Assembly: GCA_045863335.1 (NCBI GenBank)
Contig: BTVY01000040.1
Span: 1 to 64,000, forward strand
Reading direction: 5' to 3'
DNA from: Candidatus Hydrogenedentota bacterium
GTDB taxonomy: Bacteria; Hydrogenedentota; Hydrogenedentia; Hydrogenedentales; SLHB01
Length of the DNA stretch: 64,000 nt
Part shown: piece after piece, positions 39,486 through 48,369 of the stretch
Numbering within the stretch: the first letter of the stretch is position 1
Layout of the letters: each line of letters starts with the position of its first letter
The notes under the pieces: generated by a model
What the model saw: only the letters and a program-made list of their open reading frames with translations
The model's database searches: none
What the model was told of the DNA's origin: nothing
Translations under genes and position numbers: made by a program

Positions 39486-39542
39486 GGCCTATTGTTTCCG
39501 GCGAGAGTGCGCACGACGCGCGCGACACACCGGGAGCGATCC

Positions 39543-42107
39543 ATGAGATATCCATTTCGATTCACCTTCATCGCGGGGATTATGACACTTGCCGCCGCGC
39601 TGCCGCTACGCGCGCAGGAAAACGCGGACGCATATGCCATCCCCCGTGTTGATGGTGTCGCGATTGACGGCAACCACGACGATTGGGGCAAGGACGGGTT
39701 CCACGTGTCTCTCTTGCTGCCGGTGGACGGCAAGCCCTATGACCTCTCCGATATTGGCGCGTCGGCGCGGCTCGGGTGGGATGAGCGCGGTCTTCTGGTG
39801 CTGGTTCAAGCAAACGACGATGCGCATTTTGAAAGTGCAGACGCGAACGCGCTGGCGAATGGCGATTCCATCGAACTCTTCGTCGCGACTGAGCGCGGCT
39901 CAAAAGATCGCTATCAGATCGTGGTTGCACCGGGCGTCGCGGGTGACCAACCTGCCTTGCGATCGCAGCAGATAGACCTGCGGCAGATGGAACCGCGCGG
40001 CGACCTGCAAATCGAAACCGCGCGCTTACAAACCCCAAACGGCTACGCCATCGAAGCGCTTCTTCCATGGGCCAATCTCAACATCACGCCGGAATTGGAT
40101 GGCCAATGCGCGTTCCAACTCTACGTCAACGACGTCGACGGTCCGGATGACCGGCGTCAATTGGTGTGGTATCCGGAGGCGAACTCGCAGAACAACACCA
40201 ACGCCATGTATACCCTTCGCCTCGCGAAGAAGGAGAGCCCGCCCGTCGTGGCGCGCGTTACGGGCGAATACGACGAGGGGTTGCGGACGCACGTGCACGT
40301 CATCGCGACGGGTGACTACGCCGACAAATCGGTCGTCGTTCGCGATGACGGGACGAAATCGGCGAAGGGTACTTTTCACGCGGACGGAGGTTTCGCGATT
40401 GCGGATCTGCTGTTCGACATGCCGGAGCGCGGTCTCGGTCCGCGCACGTTTGAGATCCGGTCGAGCGGCGACGAACTGGGCACGCTGGCCTTGCCCGATG
40501 CGGATGTCATCCGTGCGCAGCGCCTCCTGTTTCTGCCCATCATCCTGAAACCGTCCATCATGCACCGGGACACGTTCTCTGAACCGACCTTGGTTCAGCC
40601 GCTGCTGGCCGAGAAACTGCTGGGCGCCGCCACCATTAAGACAACCTACTACGACAAGAATTACAACGTCGTCGACCGCCCTGCGAACCCGGGCCGCTAC
40701 GGCGCCGTGGTCGAAATCGCACCGGAGTTCGGCCCGACGGTGACGCGGACCTTCACGCTGTTTCGCGCGCCGGAGGGGTACAACCCCACGTTCCAGTGGT
40801 GGTTCCAGCGGAAAGGGGCCAGGCTGGATCTGCCGCCGACGCTGCAGATCGATCCGTCGATACAAGACGCGCAGGCCGACGCCATCGGCAAGTTTGTCGG
40901 CAACCTGGTCGAGGAAAGCGTCGCCGAAGACTCGAAGAGCGCCATACTTCTCGCGGGCCTCTATGAATCCGAACCTGGAATGGCGCCGGCAACCGTGGCA
41001 AACGACGCGTGGGCCATGGACCGGCAATGGTGGGTCGGCCTCAAGCGAAAACTGACGGGCATGGACCAGTTCTACCCGAACGCCTTTGTGTGCCCGTATC
41101 AGAATGAGGGTGATCCCGCCCCGACGCTCCGGCCCGGCACGCCGGAGGAAGCTGGCATGAATCCCGAAGTGATTGGTCAACTCGACGCGCTCCTGAACGA
41201 GTGGGTCGAAGCCAGCGGCGAACCCTTCGCGGTATGCCTCACGCGACACGGCGTGGTCTATTACCACAAGGCCTTCGGCACGCGCGACGGACAGCCGATT
41301 ACCGTCGATACGAAGAGCTGGATGGCGTCCATTTCAAAGTTCCTGTCCGGCACCTTGATGATGACGCTCGTCGATCAGGGGTTCGTCGATCTCGACGCGC
41401 CGATCGATACGTACCTCCCGCAGTTTCGCGGCATCGAGGTGGAAACGCCGTTGACCATCCGCCATCTCTACAACCACACCAACGGCTTTCAGTTAAATCT
41501 GCGTCCGCCGCGCGATTTCGTCGATCACTGGGGCGACGACCACAACGACCTCGAATACGTCCTTGCGGAGTACTATCCCTACCTCGAGGTCGGCACGCGC
41601 CACGGCTACAACGGCGTCGGGTTTGCGCTCGGCGGGAAAGTCATGGAGACTATCACGGGCGAGGCCTTGCCGCAGCTGTTCCGCAAGCATCTGTGGGGCC
41701 CTCTCGGATGCAACGGCACGGACGCGGTCGACGGCAGCGCGCGGACCTTCAGCACACCCATGGACATGGCCATTTTCGGCCAGATGATGTTGAACAAAGG
41801 CGCTTACGGCCACATGCGCTTCTTCAGCGAAGAAAGCTACGAGAAGTTGCTGCCGGTCAACCTCGCCCCCTACGTGAAATTCGATACGTCCATTGCATGG
41901 GGCGTCGGCGGCGTGTGGATGCGCGGCGGCGGGCTCAGCGACCAGACCTTCGGTCACGGCGCGGCATCGGCGGCGACCTTGCGAATCGATCCCGTTAATG
42001 ACCTTGTGGTCGTGATGACGCGCAACTCGGCCGGTTCGCAGTTCGGTGAGTATCATGAGCGTTTCCTGCAAACGATCAGCGGGGCCATCGCAAAGCAAAA
42101 TGAATAA
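39543..42107 (+). CDS. Secreted serine hydrolase (beta-lactamase family) with N-terminal CBM9/DOMON-like domain
   Basis: Signal peptide; IDGNHDDW, GDSIELF, YAIEALLPW, VNDVD; SxxK (ASISK), LTIRHLYNHTNG, FGHG. Confidence 0.83.
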   Translation: MRYPFRFTFIAGIMTLAAALPLRAQENADAYAIPRVDGVAIDGNHDDWGKDGFHVSLLLPVDGKPYDLSDIGASARLGWDERGLLVLVQANDDAHFESADANALANGDSIELFVATERGSKDRYQIVVAPGVAGDQPALRSQQIDLRQMEPRGDLQIETARLQTPNGYAIEALLPWANLNITPELDGQCAFQLYVNDVDGPDDRRQLVWYPEANSQNNTNAMYTLRLAKKESPPVVARVTGEYDEGLRTHVHVIATGDYADKSVVVRDDGTKSAKGTFHADGGFAIADLLFDMPERGLGPRTFEIRSSGDELGTLALPDADVIRAQRLLFLPIILKPSIMHRDTFSEPTLVQPLLAEKLLGAATIKTTYYDKNYNVVDRPANPGRYGAVVEIAPEFGPTVTRTFTLFRAPEGYNPTFQWWFQRKGARLDLPPTLQIDPSIQDAQADAIGKFVGNLVEESVAEDSKSAILLAGLYESEPGMAPATVANDAWAMDRQWWVGLKRKLTGMDQFYPNAFVCPYQNEGDPAPTLRPGTPEEAGMNPEVIGQLDALLNEWVEASGEPFAVCLTRHGVVYYHKAFGTRDGQPITVDTKSWMASISKFLSGTLMMTLVDQGFVDLDAPIDTYLPQFRGIEVETPLTIRHLYNHTNGFQLNLRPPRDFVDHWGDDHNDLEYVLAEYYPYLEVGTRHGYNGVGFALGGKVMETITGEALPQLFRKHLWGPLGCNGTDAVDGSARTFSTPMDMAIFGQMMLNKGAYGHMRFFSEESYEKLLPVNLAPYVKFDTSIAWGVGGVWMRGGGLSDQTFGHGAASAATLRIDPVNDLVVVMTRNSAGSQFGEYHERFLQTISGAIAKQNE

Positions 42108-42204
42108 AAGGAGGGCACTGTCCGTTTTTGCTGGTATGAAGAGCGGTCGGCGGCGAATAGACCCTGCGAAAGCCCCCGCGTCCTGGCAACGAGGAATACA
42201 TGTC

Positions 42205-42921
42205 ATGAAGTACGTTTTCTCCGGACTGCTGCTTACCATTGTCCTGAGTTGGGCCAGCCCTGTCGCGGCCGCCCCAGTTTCGTATGCGGTCGATCCCGCC
42301 GAAAGCGTCTTCGCGGTGATTACGCATAAGGCGGGCGTGGCCTCGCGACTTGCGCACAATCATCTCATCGCCCCCAGAACCTACTCGTGTGAAATCGGGA
42401 ACGCTCAGGATTCCATCAAAAGTCTTAACTTTACGATGTCTTTTCCAGTCAAGGAACTGGCCGCCGATCTGCCGGAGTCCCAAAAGAAGTGGTACCCCGC
42501 CGTTAAGGCGCTGGCCATTCTGGACACACCGTTCAGTGAAATTGACGAGTCCGATCGGACGACCATCGAGGAACACATGCTCGCCGAGGGTCAGCTCGAC
42601 GCGGAACAGTTCCCCGAGATCAAAGTGGAACTGGTGTCTATCGAGTCCGCCCAGTCTATCCACGGCGAAAAGACCTTTAACCACGCGGCCACCATTCGCT
42701 TCACCGTTCACGGCAAGACAGTCGAACGAGCCATGCCCGCCAACATTGAGCTGACCGAGGATACCTTACGGGTCGAAGCCATTGGCCAGTTCCGGTTCAC
42801 GGAGTTCGGGATCGAACCCTACTCGGCCTTTCTCGGCGCCGTAAAGAACAAGGACGAATTTGACGTATACGTCCACATTCAGGCGAAAGCAGACGTCGAT
42901 TCGGCGCCGGCCGACCAGTGA
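42205..42921 (+). CDS. YceI family protein
   Basis: Signal peptide, YAVDPAES, LDAEQFPEI, FTVHGKT, FGIEPYSA. Confidence 0.85.
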   Translation: MKYVFSGLLLTIVLSWASPVAAAPVSYAVDPAESVFAVITHKAGVASRLAHNHLIAPRTYSCEIGNAQDSIKSLNFTMSFPVKELAADLPESQKKWYPAVKALAILDTPFSEIDESDRTTIEEHMLAEGQLDAEQFPEIKVELVSIESAQSIHGEKTFNHAATIRFTVHGKTVERAMPANIELTEDTLRVEAIGQFRFTEFGIEPYSAFLGAVKNKDEFDVYVHIQAKADVDSAPADQ

Positions 42922-42970
42922 CAATATGGCGAGCAGTAGTCGGGCTCTCTCGAAAGCGTGCGGAAGAAAC

Positions 42971-43147
42971 GAAGAAACATCCCCCTTTTTCCCCCCTTCA
43001 AAGTTCAAAGGGGGAATTCGTTGCAGCGCTTTGCGTCGCAGCGGAAAAGCCGGAAAGCGTTTCCCGCCACGCGATCGACCAGACCAACCGTGCGACGACG
43101 CCATCGCACAATTCCCCCTTTGAAAGGGGAGCAAGGGGATGTTCTTC
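42971..43147. repeat. Inverted-pair repeat element, family E (ACATCCCCCTT..CCCCCTTCAAAGGGGGAATT)
   Basis: Arms at 42971-43018 and 43110-43147; further copies at 45053-45214 and 55593-55745. Confidence 0.8.
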
Positions 43148-43231
43148 AGCACTCGGCCAGGCGTGGCGAGATCCTACCTTCGTCCAACGGACGGCGCTGG
43201 CGCGGAGCTGCATGAGCGCGTGCGCGTCTGC

Positions 43232-44551
43232 CTACAGGCGCCAGGGATCACGCATGGGCCGGGTCAGGCGCGCGTTGGCTTCGTCGTCGTCGATGAAGCG
43301 CTCGGCGAGGGTGTCCCAGCGGACCTTGCGTTGCAGGCGGATGGCGATGTCGGAGATGTGACAGGCGATGTCGCTCTGCACGGACGGTTCGATGTTGCTG
43401 ACGGGATCCTTGCGGGACTTTACGGAGTCGACGAAGTTCCGGATGTGGTGGGTGCTCTCGGGAAGGCGGATCATGCCGGTGTTGGCGTAGTCGCGAGCGA
43501 TGGCTTCGGGCCCCGAGGCAACGTGACGCCGGTCGACGATCACCCAACCGTCGGTGCCTTCGAAGGCGGTTCCGTGGGACGTGATTTCGCCGTAGCGTTG
43601 GGCCCATTCGGGTGGGGCGGGTTCCGAGCGGTAATCGATGGTGAGACCGCTGTCGTAAGCGAGCATGATCTGCCAGGCGATGGCCGTATTGGATACGCCC
43701 TCCGTGGGGAAGGTGCCCGTGCCTTCCACGTTCACCGGCGTCAGCGCCATGCTGCCCGCGCCCCAGAGGGCGATGTCCATGGGGTGAATGCCCCACCCAG
43801 CGATGAAGCCGAGGGCGTAATCGGAGATGAACCACCACCACTGATTCGTTTCGCGGTCGCGCGTGTAGGGTACGTACGGTGAAGGCCCGAGCCAGCGCTC
43901 GTAGTCGAGGGTCTCGGGGATGGGCGCTTCTTCCGTGGGTCCGCCCGCGACGCTGGGCGGCGACCATACGTTGATGGTGTGAAGCTTGCCGATGCCGCCG
44001 TTGCGAACGATCTCGCAGCCCTTCCGGAAGTTTTCGTCGGAGCGCTGCTGCGTGCCGAACTGGAAGATGCGCTGGTGTTCGCGCACCGCCTTGCGCAGGG
44101 CCTGGTCTTCCTCCACCGTGACGCCGAGGGGTTTCTCCACGTACACATCCTTGCCGGAACGCACGACAGCGAGGGCATGCAGCACGTGCCAGTGATCGCA
44201 GGATGCCACGACCACCGCGTCGATGTCGTCGCGCGCGACGAGCTCTTGAAAGTCGAGGTAGGCCGCGCAATCCTGGTTGCCATAGGTGTCGTTGATGAGC
44301 TTCACCGCGGCGTCGCGCCGATTGCTCTTCACGTCCGACATGGCGACGACCTGCGTGTCCGGTTGTTGCAGCGTCGCACCGAGGAGGTAGGTGCCGCGGT
44401 CGCCGACGCCGATGCATCCCACCACGACACGTTCACTGGGCGGTGTTTGCCCGTTCAACCCCAGCACCGACGACGGCACTATCATAGGCGCCGCGACGGC
44501 CAGTGAAGTTTTCAGGAATCCACGACGGTTGATGGTGTGATGCGCTCTCAT
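43232..44551 (-). CDS. Gfo/Idh/MocA oxidoreductase, Tat-exported
   Basis: RRGFLK, GCIGVGDRG, DHWH, YVEKP, GTQQRS, WGIHPMD. Confidence 0.92.
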   Translation of the reverse strand: MRAHHTINRRGFLKTSLAVAAPMIVPSSVLGLNGQTPPSERVVVGCIGVGDRGTYLLGATLQQPDTQVVAMSDVKSNRRDAAVKLINDTYGNQDCAAYLDFQELVARDDIDAVVVASCDHWHVLHALAVVRSGKDVYVEKPLGVTVEEDQALRKAVREHQRIFQFGTQQRSDENFRKGCEIVRNGGIGKLHTINVWSPPSVAGGPTEEAPIPETLDYERWLGPSPYVPYTRDRETNQWWWFISDYALGFIAGWGIHPMDIALWGAGSMALTPVNVEGTGTFPTEGVSNTAIAWQIMLAYDSGLTIDYRSEPAPPEWAQRYGEITSHGTAFEGTDGWVIVDRRHVASGPEAIARDYANTGMIRLPESTHHIRNFVDSVKSRKDPVSNIEPSVQSDIACHISDIAIRLQRKVRWDTLAERFIDDDEANARLTRPMRDPWRL

Positions 44552-44682
44552 CTCTTAGTTCCCCCCGGATCGCTGCAAATGGACTCGCCGCGCCAAACGC
44601 GGCACGTCCCCCATCCACTATGATACCCTGAACCCTGCAAGAAAAGCTTCCCCCCTGCGAAGAGAACATGAGAAGCGGAGTT

Positions 44683-44742
44683 CAATTGTGGTGCAGGCTT
44701 CCAGCCTGCGAACGGAAGCAGGCTGGAAGCCTGCACCACAAT
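44683..44742. repeat. REP-like hairpin, family D
   Basis: Near-perfect hairpin with a copy at 34885-34943. Confidence 0.8.
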
Positions 44743-44789
44743 GGACTGGCACTCAAGTGATTCGGAAACCGCGAAAGGAGAATTCCCCC

Positions 44790-44984
44790 ATGGCCAATGC
44801 AAGCGACAAAGGCAAGACCCTCGCGGGCATCACCGTGCTGCTGAGCCTGTTCACCGGCGTGACGGCCTACATCGTCGGCCTCCTCGCCGTCTTCTACGAC
44901 CTCAACTTCGGCGGCGCGGGTGCCTGTTTCATCGCCTCCGCGCTCAGCTTCGGCCTGGCCGCGAATGCCGTGTTGCGAGGGTAG
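44790..44984 (+). CDS. Small two-TM membrane protein (64 aa)
   Basis: RBS AAAGGAG, strong GC3 codon bias, two hydrophobic helices. Confidence 0.7.
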   Translation: MANASDKGKTLAGITVLLSLFTGVTAYIVGLLAVFYDLNFGGAGACFIASALSFGLAANAVLRG

Positions 44985-45052
44985 CGCTGATTTCATCTTG
45001 TTACGATGCAACGCCGAATTTGATTTGCGTTGACGGTCGGTGAGACAGAAGT

Positions 45053-45214
45053 ACATCCCCCTTGATCCCCCTTCAAAGGGGGAATTTGCTTACTCGCGGT
45101 TTCGGTCATACATGCTGCGCGGTGCAGCTAACGAAAGTTGGTTGCGAAACCTCGATCCATGCAACGCGAAGCGTTGCGATCATTCCCCCTTTGAAGGGGG
45201 ACTAAGGGGGATGT
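45053..45214. repeat. Inverted-pair repeat element, family E
   Basis: Arms at 45053-45086 and 45182-45214, between convergent genes. Confidence 0.8.
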
Positions 45215-45296
45215 TTCTCCTCTGACCTTGTTCAGCCACGTAGCATCGTTTTGGGTAGGCAAACTTTCAGCCTCGACACACGTCTAGCGAGTATTC

Positions 45297-47642
45297 CTAC
45301 TCCCCTTCAAACCGCGCCTTTGCCGTTTCCTCGTCGATGAAGCCGTACCACATGCCGCGCCAGAAGGCGTCGACGAATGCGGCGCCGCCGAGTTCGCGGC
45401 GGGTGTTCTTCTCGAACTGGAGCACGAGGTGGGCGGACTCCCAGGTCGCGCCGTGGTCTTTGGAGACGTAGAGACCGGCGGGGGTGCCGGTAAACAGCGA
45501 ATCGGTATTGCGCGGGGCGAAGAGGGTCCGCGCGAGGGGGATGTCGAGTCCGGCAGTGTGTTCCTTCCACGTGCCGTCGCCGGTACGAACGAGGACACCG
45601 CGATCGCTCCCAGCGGTGAGTGCGCCGTCGGCGAAGACAGGTTTCGTGATCTCACCGCGAACGAACAGACTCATGATGCCAAGCATGCCGCCTTCGGAAT
45701 ACTTCGCGTAAAGCGTCTCCATGGTGTTCGTCCACGTCGCGCCCGCGTCGGTGGACTCCTGGATGAGCGAGTTCACGCCCATGCCGCCGAACTCGGACCG
45801 CACGCCCGCGACGACGTGATCCGGATTGGCCGGGTCCGCAACGAGCCAGGGGTAGGTGCGCGCGTATTCGCCGTAACCGAAGCGACCGGCGCGCGCCCAG
45901 ACGTCCTCGTTCAAGCGGCGCGTGAAGAGGGCGTTACCGGCGAGGGCGTAGATGCGGTCGCGCCGTTCCGTAGCGGGCGCGTCCGGCGAAGATGTATCGA
46001 AGGCGAGCGTGAACTGGATGGCGCCCGCGTTGGGCAACCCTTCCGTGACCGGTTCCCAGGTTTTCCCGAGAAATTCTTCGCCGAAGTCTATGCTGCGATA
46101 CACGGCCCGTTCCGCCACCGCATAGATGACGTTTGGATTCGCGGGATCGGTCAAGATATCGACCGGCGCGCCGCCGTCAGCGGGTACGGGCAGGCGCTCC
46201 CAACGGCTGCCCGCGGTAACGGAGAGATAGAACCCGTCGTGGGCGGCGACGTAGAGCATGCGCGAACGCCGGCCCACTTCGACGGCCTTCGCCGGGCTGG
46301 GGAGATCTTGATCGATGGGACGCCAGTTCGCGTCCGTGGCCGCGCCGTCGCGGGATTGGTAGAGCGAGCCGTCCTGATCGACGGCGTAGATCACGAGCGG
46401 GTCCTCCGGCGACACGGCCACGTCCTGCACGATGCGGCTAACCCAGCCGTCGGCGCGGAGGAGGTTGCCTTTCCAGAGGTACTCGTTATCCCAGGCGGCC
46501 GCGTAGACGGGATAGGGCGGTTTCGCGTCTTTCCGGATGCTGTTCATGCGGGGTTGCACGGTCATGTCGGTCGGGAAGGTCTGGAGCGAGTACAGCGCTT
46601 CTTGCAGTGCCTTCTCCTTGCCGGGCGCGTCGGGCGCGATGCCGAAGTAAATGTAGGTGAAGAGGCTCTGCGCGTCGTTCACGTGGTTTTTCCAGATGGC
46701 GTCGGCGACCACGCGGTAGGCGGCGAGCAGTTCGGGATCGTCCTCGATGCGGAAGAGGTTTTCGAGATGGCATATGACGTGTTCGGCGTCGTCGAAATCT
46801 TTCTCCGTTTCGAGCGTCTTCAAGCTGCGCACGCCGTACTGGTCGATGAGTTGATCGTAAACGGCCTTGAACTTCGGATCGCCCGTGGCATGATGGGCGA
46901 CCTTCGCGCCGGCGATGGCCATCATGATCCGCATGTTCAACGTCTTGCCGTCGGTCATTCCGAGGATGGGAACCGCGCGCCCGTCGTAATTGCGGATGAT
47001 GAGATCGTTGTCCACCCAATAACTCACGAGCGCGTCGATGGCGTCGCGGCAGCGCTCCTTCTGTTCGCCTTCCGCGGCGAGGTCGTAGTATTGGCCGAGG
47101 CCATGAATGGAGTCGCTGTAGTTGTGGTGGCTCGGGTCGGCAACCCAGCGGAAGTCCTGCCCGTCGGCCGTGCCCTGGTGCCACTCGTCGCGCTTGCTGC
47201 CCGCGCGGCGTTCTTCATAGGTTTCGCCGTGGCCGAGGAAATAGCCGCGCGCCTGAAGACCGCGCGTGCCGGTGATGCGCTGGCAGCGGTAGACCGCTTC
47301 AAACAGTTCATCCGCCCGTTGTTTCGCCGCGGCGATCTGCTCGGCAGATGCGCCGGTCTTTTTGAGGTACGCGTAGCGGTAGGACGCGCCCGCGAGATGG
47401 TTCGAAGTCCAACACACCGCGTGGACCACGTCCGCGAAGGGGTTGGTCGTCGTCAGGTCGAATTCCTGCCCCGGCTCCGGGATCTGTACGAGGGACGGGT
47501 AGAGTCCGAGGATGTTGTGCTTCGCGACGATGCCTTCCTCGATGATGCGGTCCTTATCGAGCAGCGGCTGTCGCCAGGTCTCTTCAGCGTGGAGGTTGGA
47601 AGTCAGGAAAGCGCACAACAGCAGGGCAGGGACGAATCGCAT
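45297..47642 (-). CDS. Secreted protein: helical (possibly glycosidase-like) N-domain plus BNR/VPS10-like beta-propeller
   Basis: RBS AAAGGAG, signal peptide; Asp-boxes SRDG, SIDFG, STDAGATW, SKDHGATW. Confidence 0.7.
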   Translation of the reverse strand: MRFVPALLLCAFLTSNLHAEETWRQPLLDKDRIIEEGIVAKHNILGLYPSLVQIPEPGQEFDLTTTNPFADVVHAVCWTSNHLAGASYRYAYLKKTGASAEQIAAAKQRADELFEAVYRCQRITGTRGLQARGYFLGHGETYEERRAGSKRDEWHQGTADGQDFRWVADPSHHNYSDSIHGLGQYYDLAAEGEQKERCRDAIDALVSYWVDNDLIIRNYDGRAVPILGMTDGKTLNMRIMMAIAGAKVAHHATGDPKFKAVYDQLIDQYGVRSLKTLETEKDFDDAEHVICHLENLFRIEDDPELLAAYRVVADAIWKNHVNDAQSLFTYIYFGIAPDAPGKEKALQEALYSLQTFPTDMTVQPRMNSIRKDAKPPYPVYAAAWDNEYLWKGNLLRADGWVSRIVQDVAVSPEDPLVIYAVDQDGSLYQSRDGAATDANWRPIDQDLPSPAKAVEVGRRSRMLYVAAHDGFYLSVTAGSRWERLPVPADGGAPVDILTDPANPNVIYAVAERAVYRSIDFGEEFLGKTWEPVTEGLPNAGAIQFTLAFDTSSPDAPATERRDRIYALAGNALFTRRLNEDVWARAGRFGYGEYARTYPWLVADPANPDHVVAGVRSEFGGMGVNSLIQESTDAGATWTNTMETLYAKYSEGGMLGIMSLFVRGEITKPVFADGALTAGSDRGVLVRTGDGTWKEHTAGLDIPLARTLFAPRNTDSLFTGTPAGLYVSKDHGATWESAHLVLQFEKNTRRELGGAAFVDAFWRGMWYGFIDEETAKARFEGE

Positions 47643-47714
47643 GACGAAAACTCCTTTCTTGGCAGTCTCGTTCATGGTACGCCCTCGCGGGGCGTCAGGC
47701 AAAGGGGGATTCCC

Positions 47715-47795
47715 ATGTAGCGCAGGCGTCTCGCATGCAATGTTGACGGATGGGGCCGAGGGCAAAAGAATGCAGGCGGGACGCCTGCGCTACAT
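47715..47795. repeat. Inverted pair of REP-like palindromes, family C
   Basis: ATGTAGCGCAGGCGTCTCGCATGCA and TGCAGGCGGGACGCCTGCGCTACAT; the right arm contains the stop of 47790-48308. Confidence 0.7.
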
Positions 47796-48308
47796 TCCGT
47801 GCGTTTTCGCGTACTGCTCGCGGGCGCGGGCGATGGCTTCGGCGAGCGGTTCGGGGTTCTGCGAACCAACGAGGATCGGCCGGGTGTCCATTTCGAGCAG
47901 GACGCCACGGTCGCCGCGCGCGTTGAAGAAGGTCGTTGGCTTGCTTTCGAACATCCCCATGCGCATGCCCCATCCGCCGGCGTTTCGCAGCGGGTTGTAC
48001 TTGACGACACGCTGATTCTGGATGGAGGCAATGCGGACGCGACGCCACATCATGGGGAACAAGACCCCCAGCGAAACGTAGATGTCCTCTTCACGGACAC
48101 GCACGCGGAGGACCATGAGGTTGCATACGAGCAACAAGCCGGCCATGGTGAGCCCCACGATGCCCGTGGGGATAGGTTCGCTTTCGGGGTTGCCGGGGTC
48201 TTTGCCGACGCCCACCATGACGGCGAGGGTTCCGAAGACCATCACAAACATGAGGATGTATACCCAGAGGGCGAAACGCTGGGTCTCTTCGTAGAGGGTT
48301 CGGTTCAT
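47790..48308 (-). CDS. Membrane protein with two TM helices and a bacterial PH-like domain
   Basis: YEETQRF, GGWGMR, GDRGVLL, GSQNPEPLAEAI. Confidence 0.72.
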   Translation of the reverse strand: MNRTLYEETQRFALWVYILMFVMVFGTLAVMVGVGKDPGNPESEPIPTGIVGLTMAGLLLVCNLMVLRVRVREEDIYVSLGVLFPMMWRRVRIASIQNQRVVKYNPLRNAGGWGMRMGMFESKPTTFFNARGDRGVLLEMDTRPILVGSQNPEPLAEAIARAREQYAKTHGM

Positions 48309-48369
48309 GGCGTGGGCTCCTGATTCACACGGACCTGCACGGACGCGCCGGCAGAGCCTTCGGCGGGGC

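Noticed and set aside
38898-39542. N-terminal 215 aa of the 1069-aa ORF (and similar extensions at 2942, 7283, 11023, 31584, 50340, 53946)
   Set aside because: They overlap opposite-strand genes or intergenic signals; downstream starts with an RBS or signal peptide are better supported.
39543-42107. Antibiotic-resistance beta-lactamase
   Set aside because: Multi-domain architecture and non-canonical motifs point to a general serine hydrolase.
45429-47720. Long antisense ORFs (also 17658-19592, 25466-27115, 48463-50040, 51272-52978, 58289-59812)
   Set aside because: They mirror well-supported genes on the opposite strand and lack motifs; expected shadows of high-GC codon usage.
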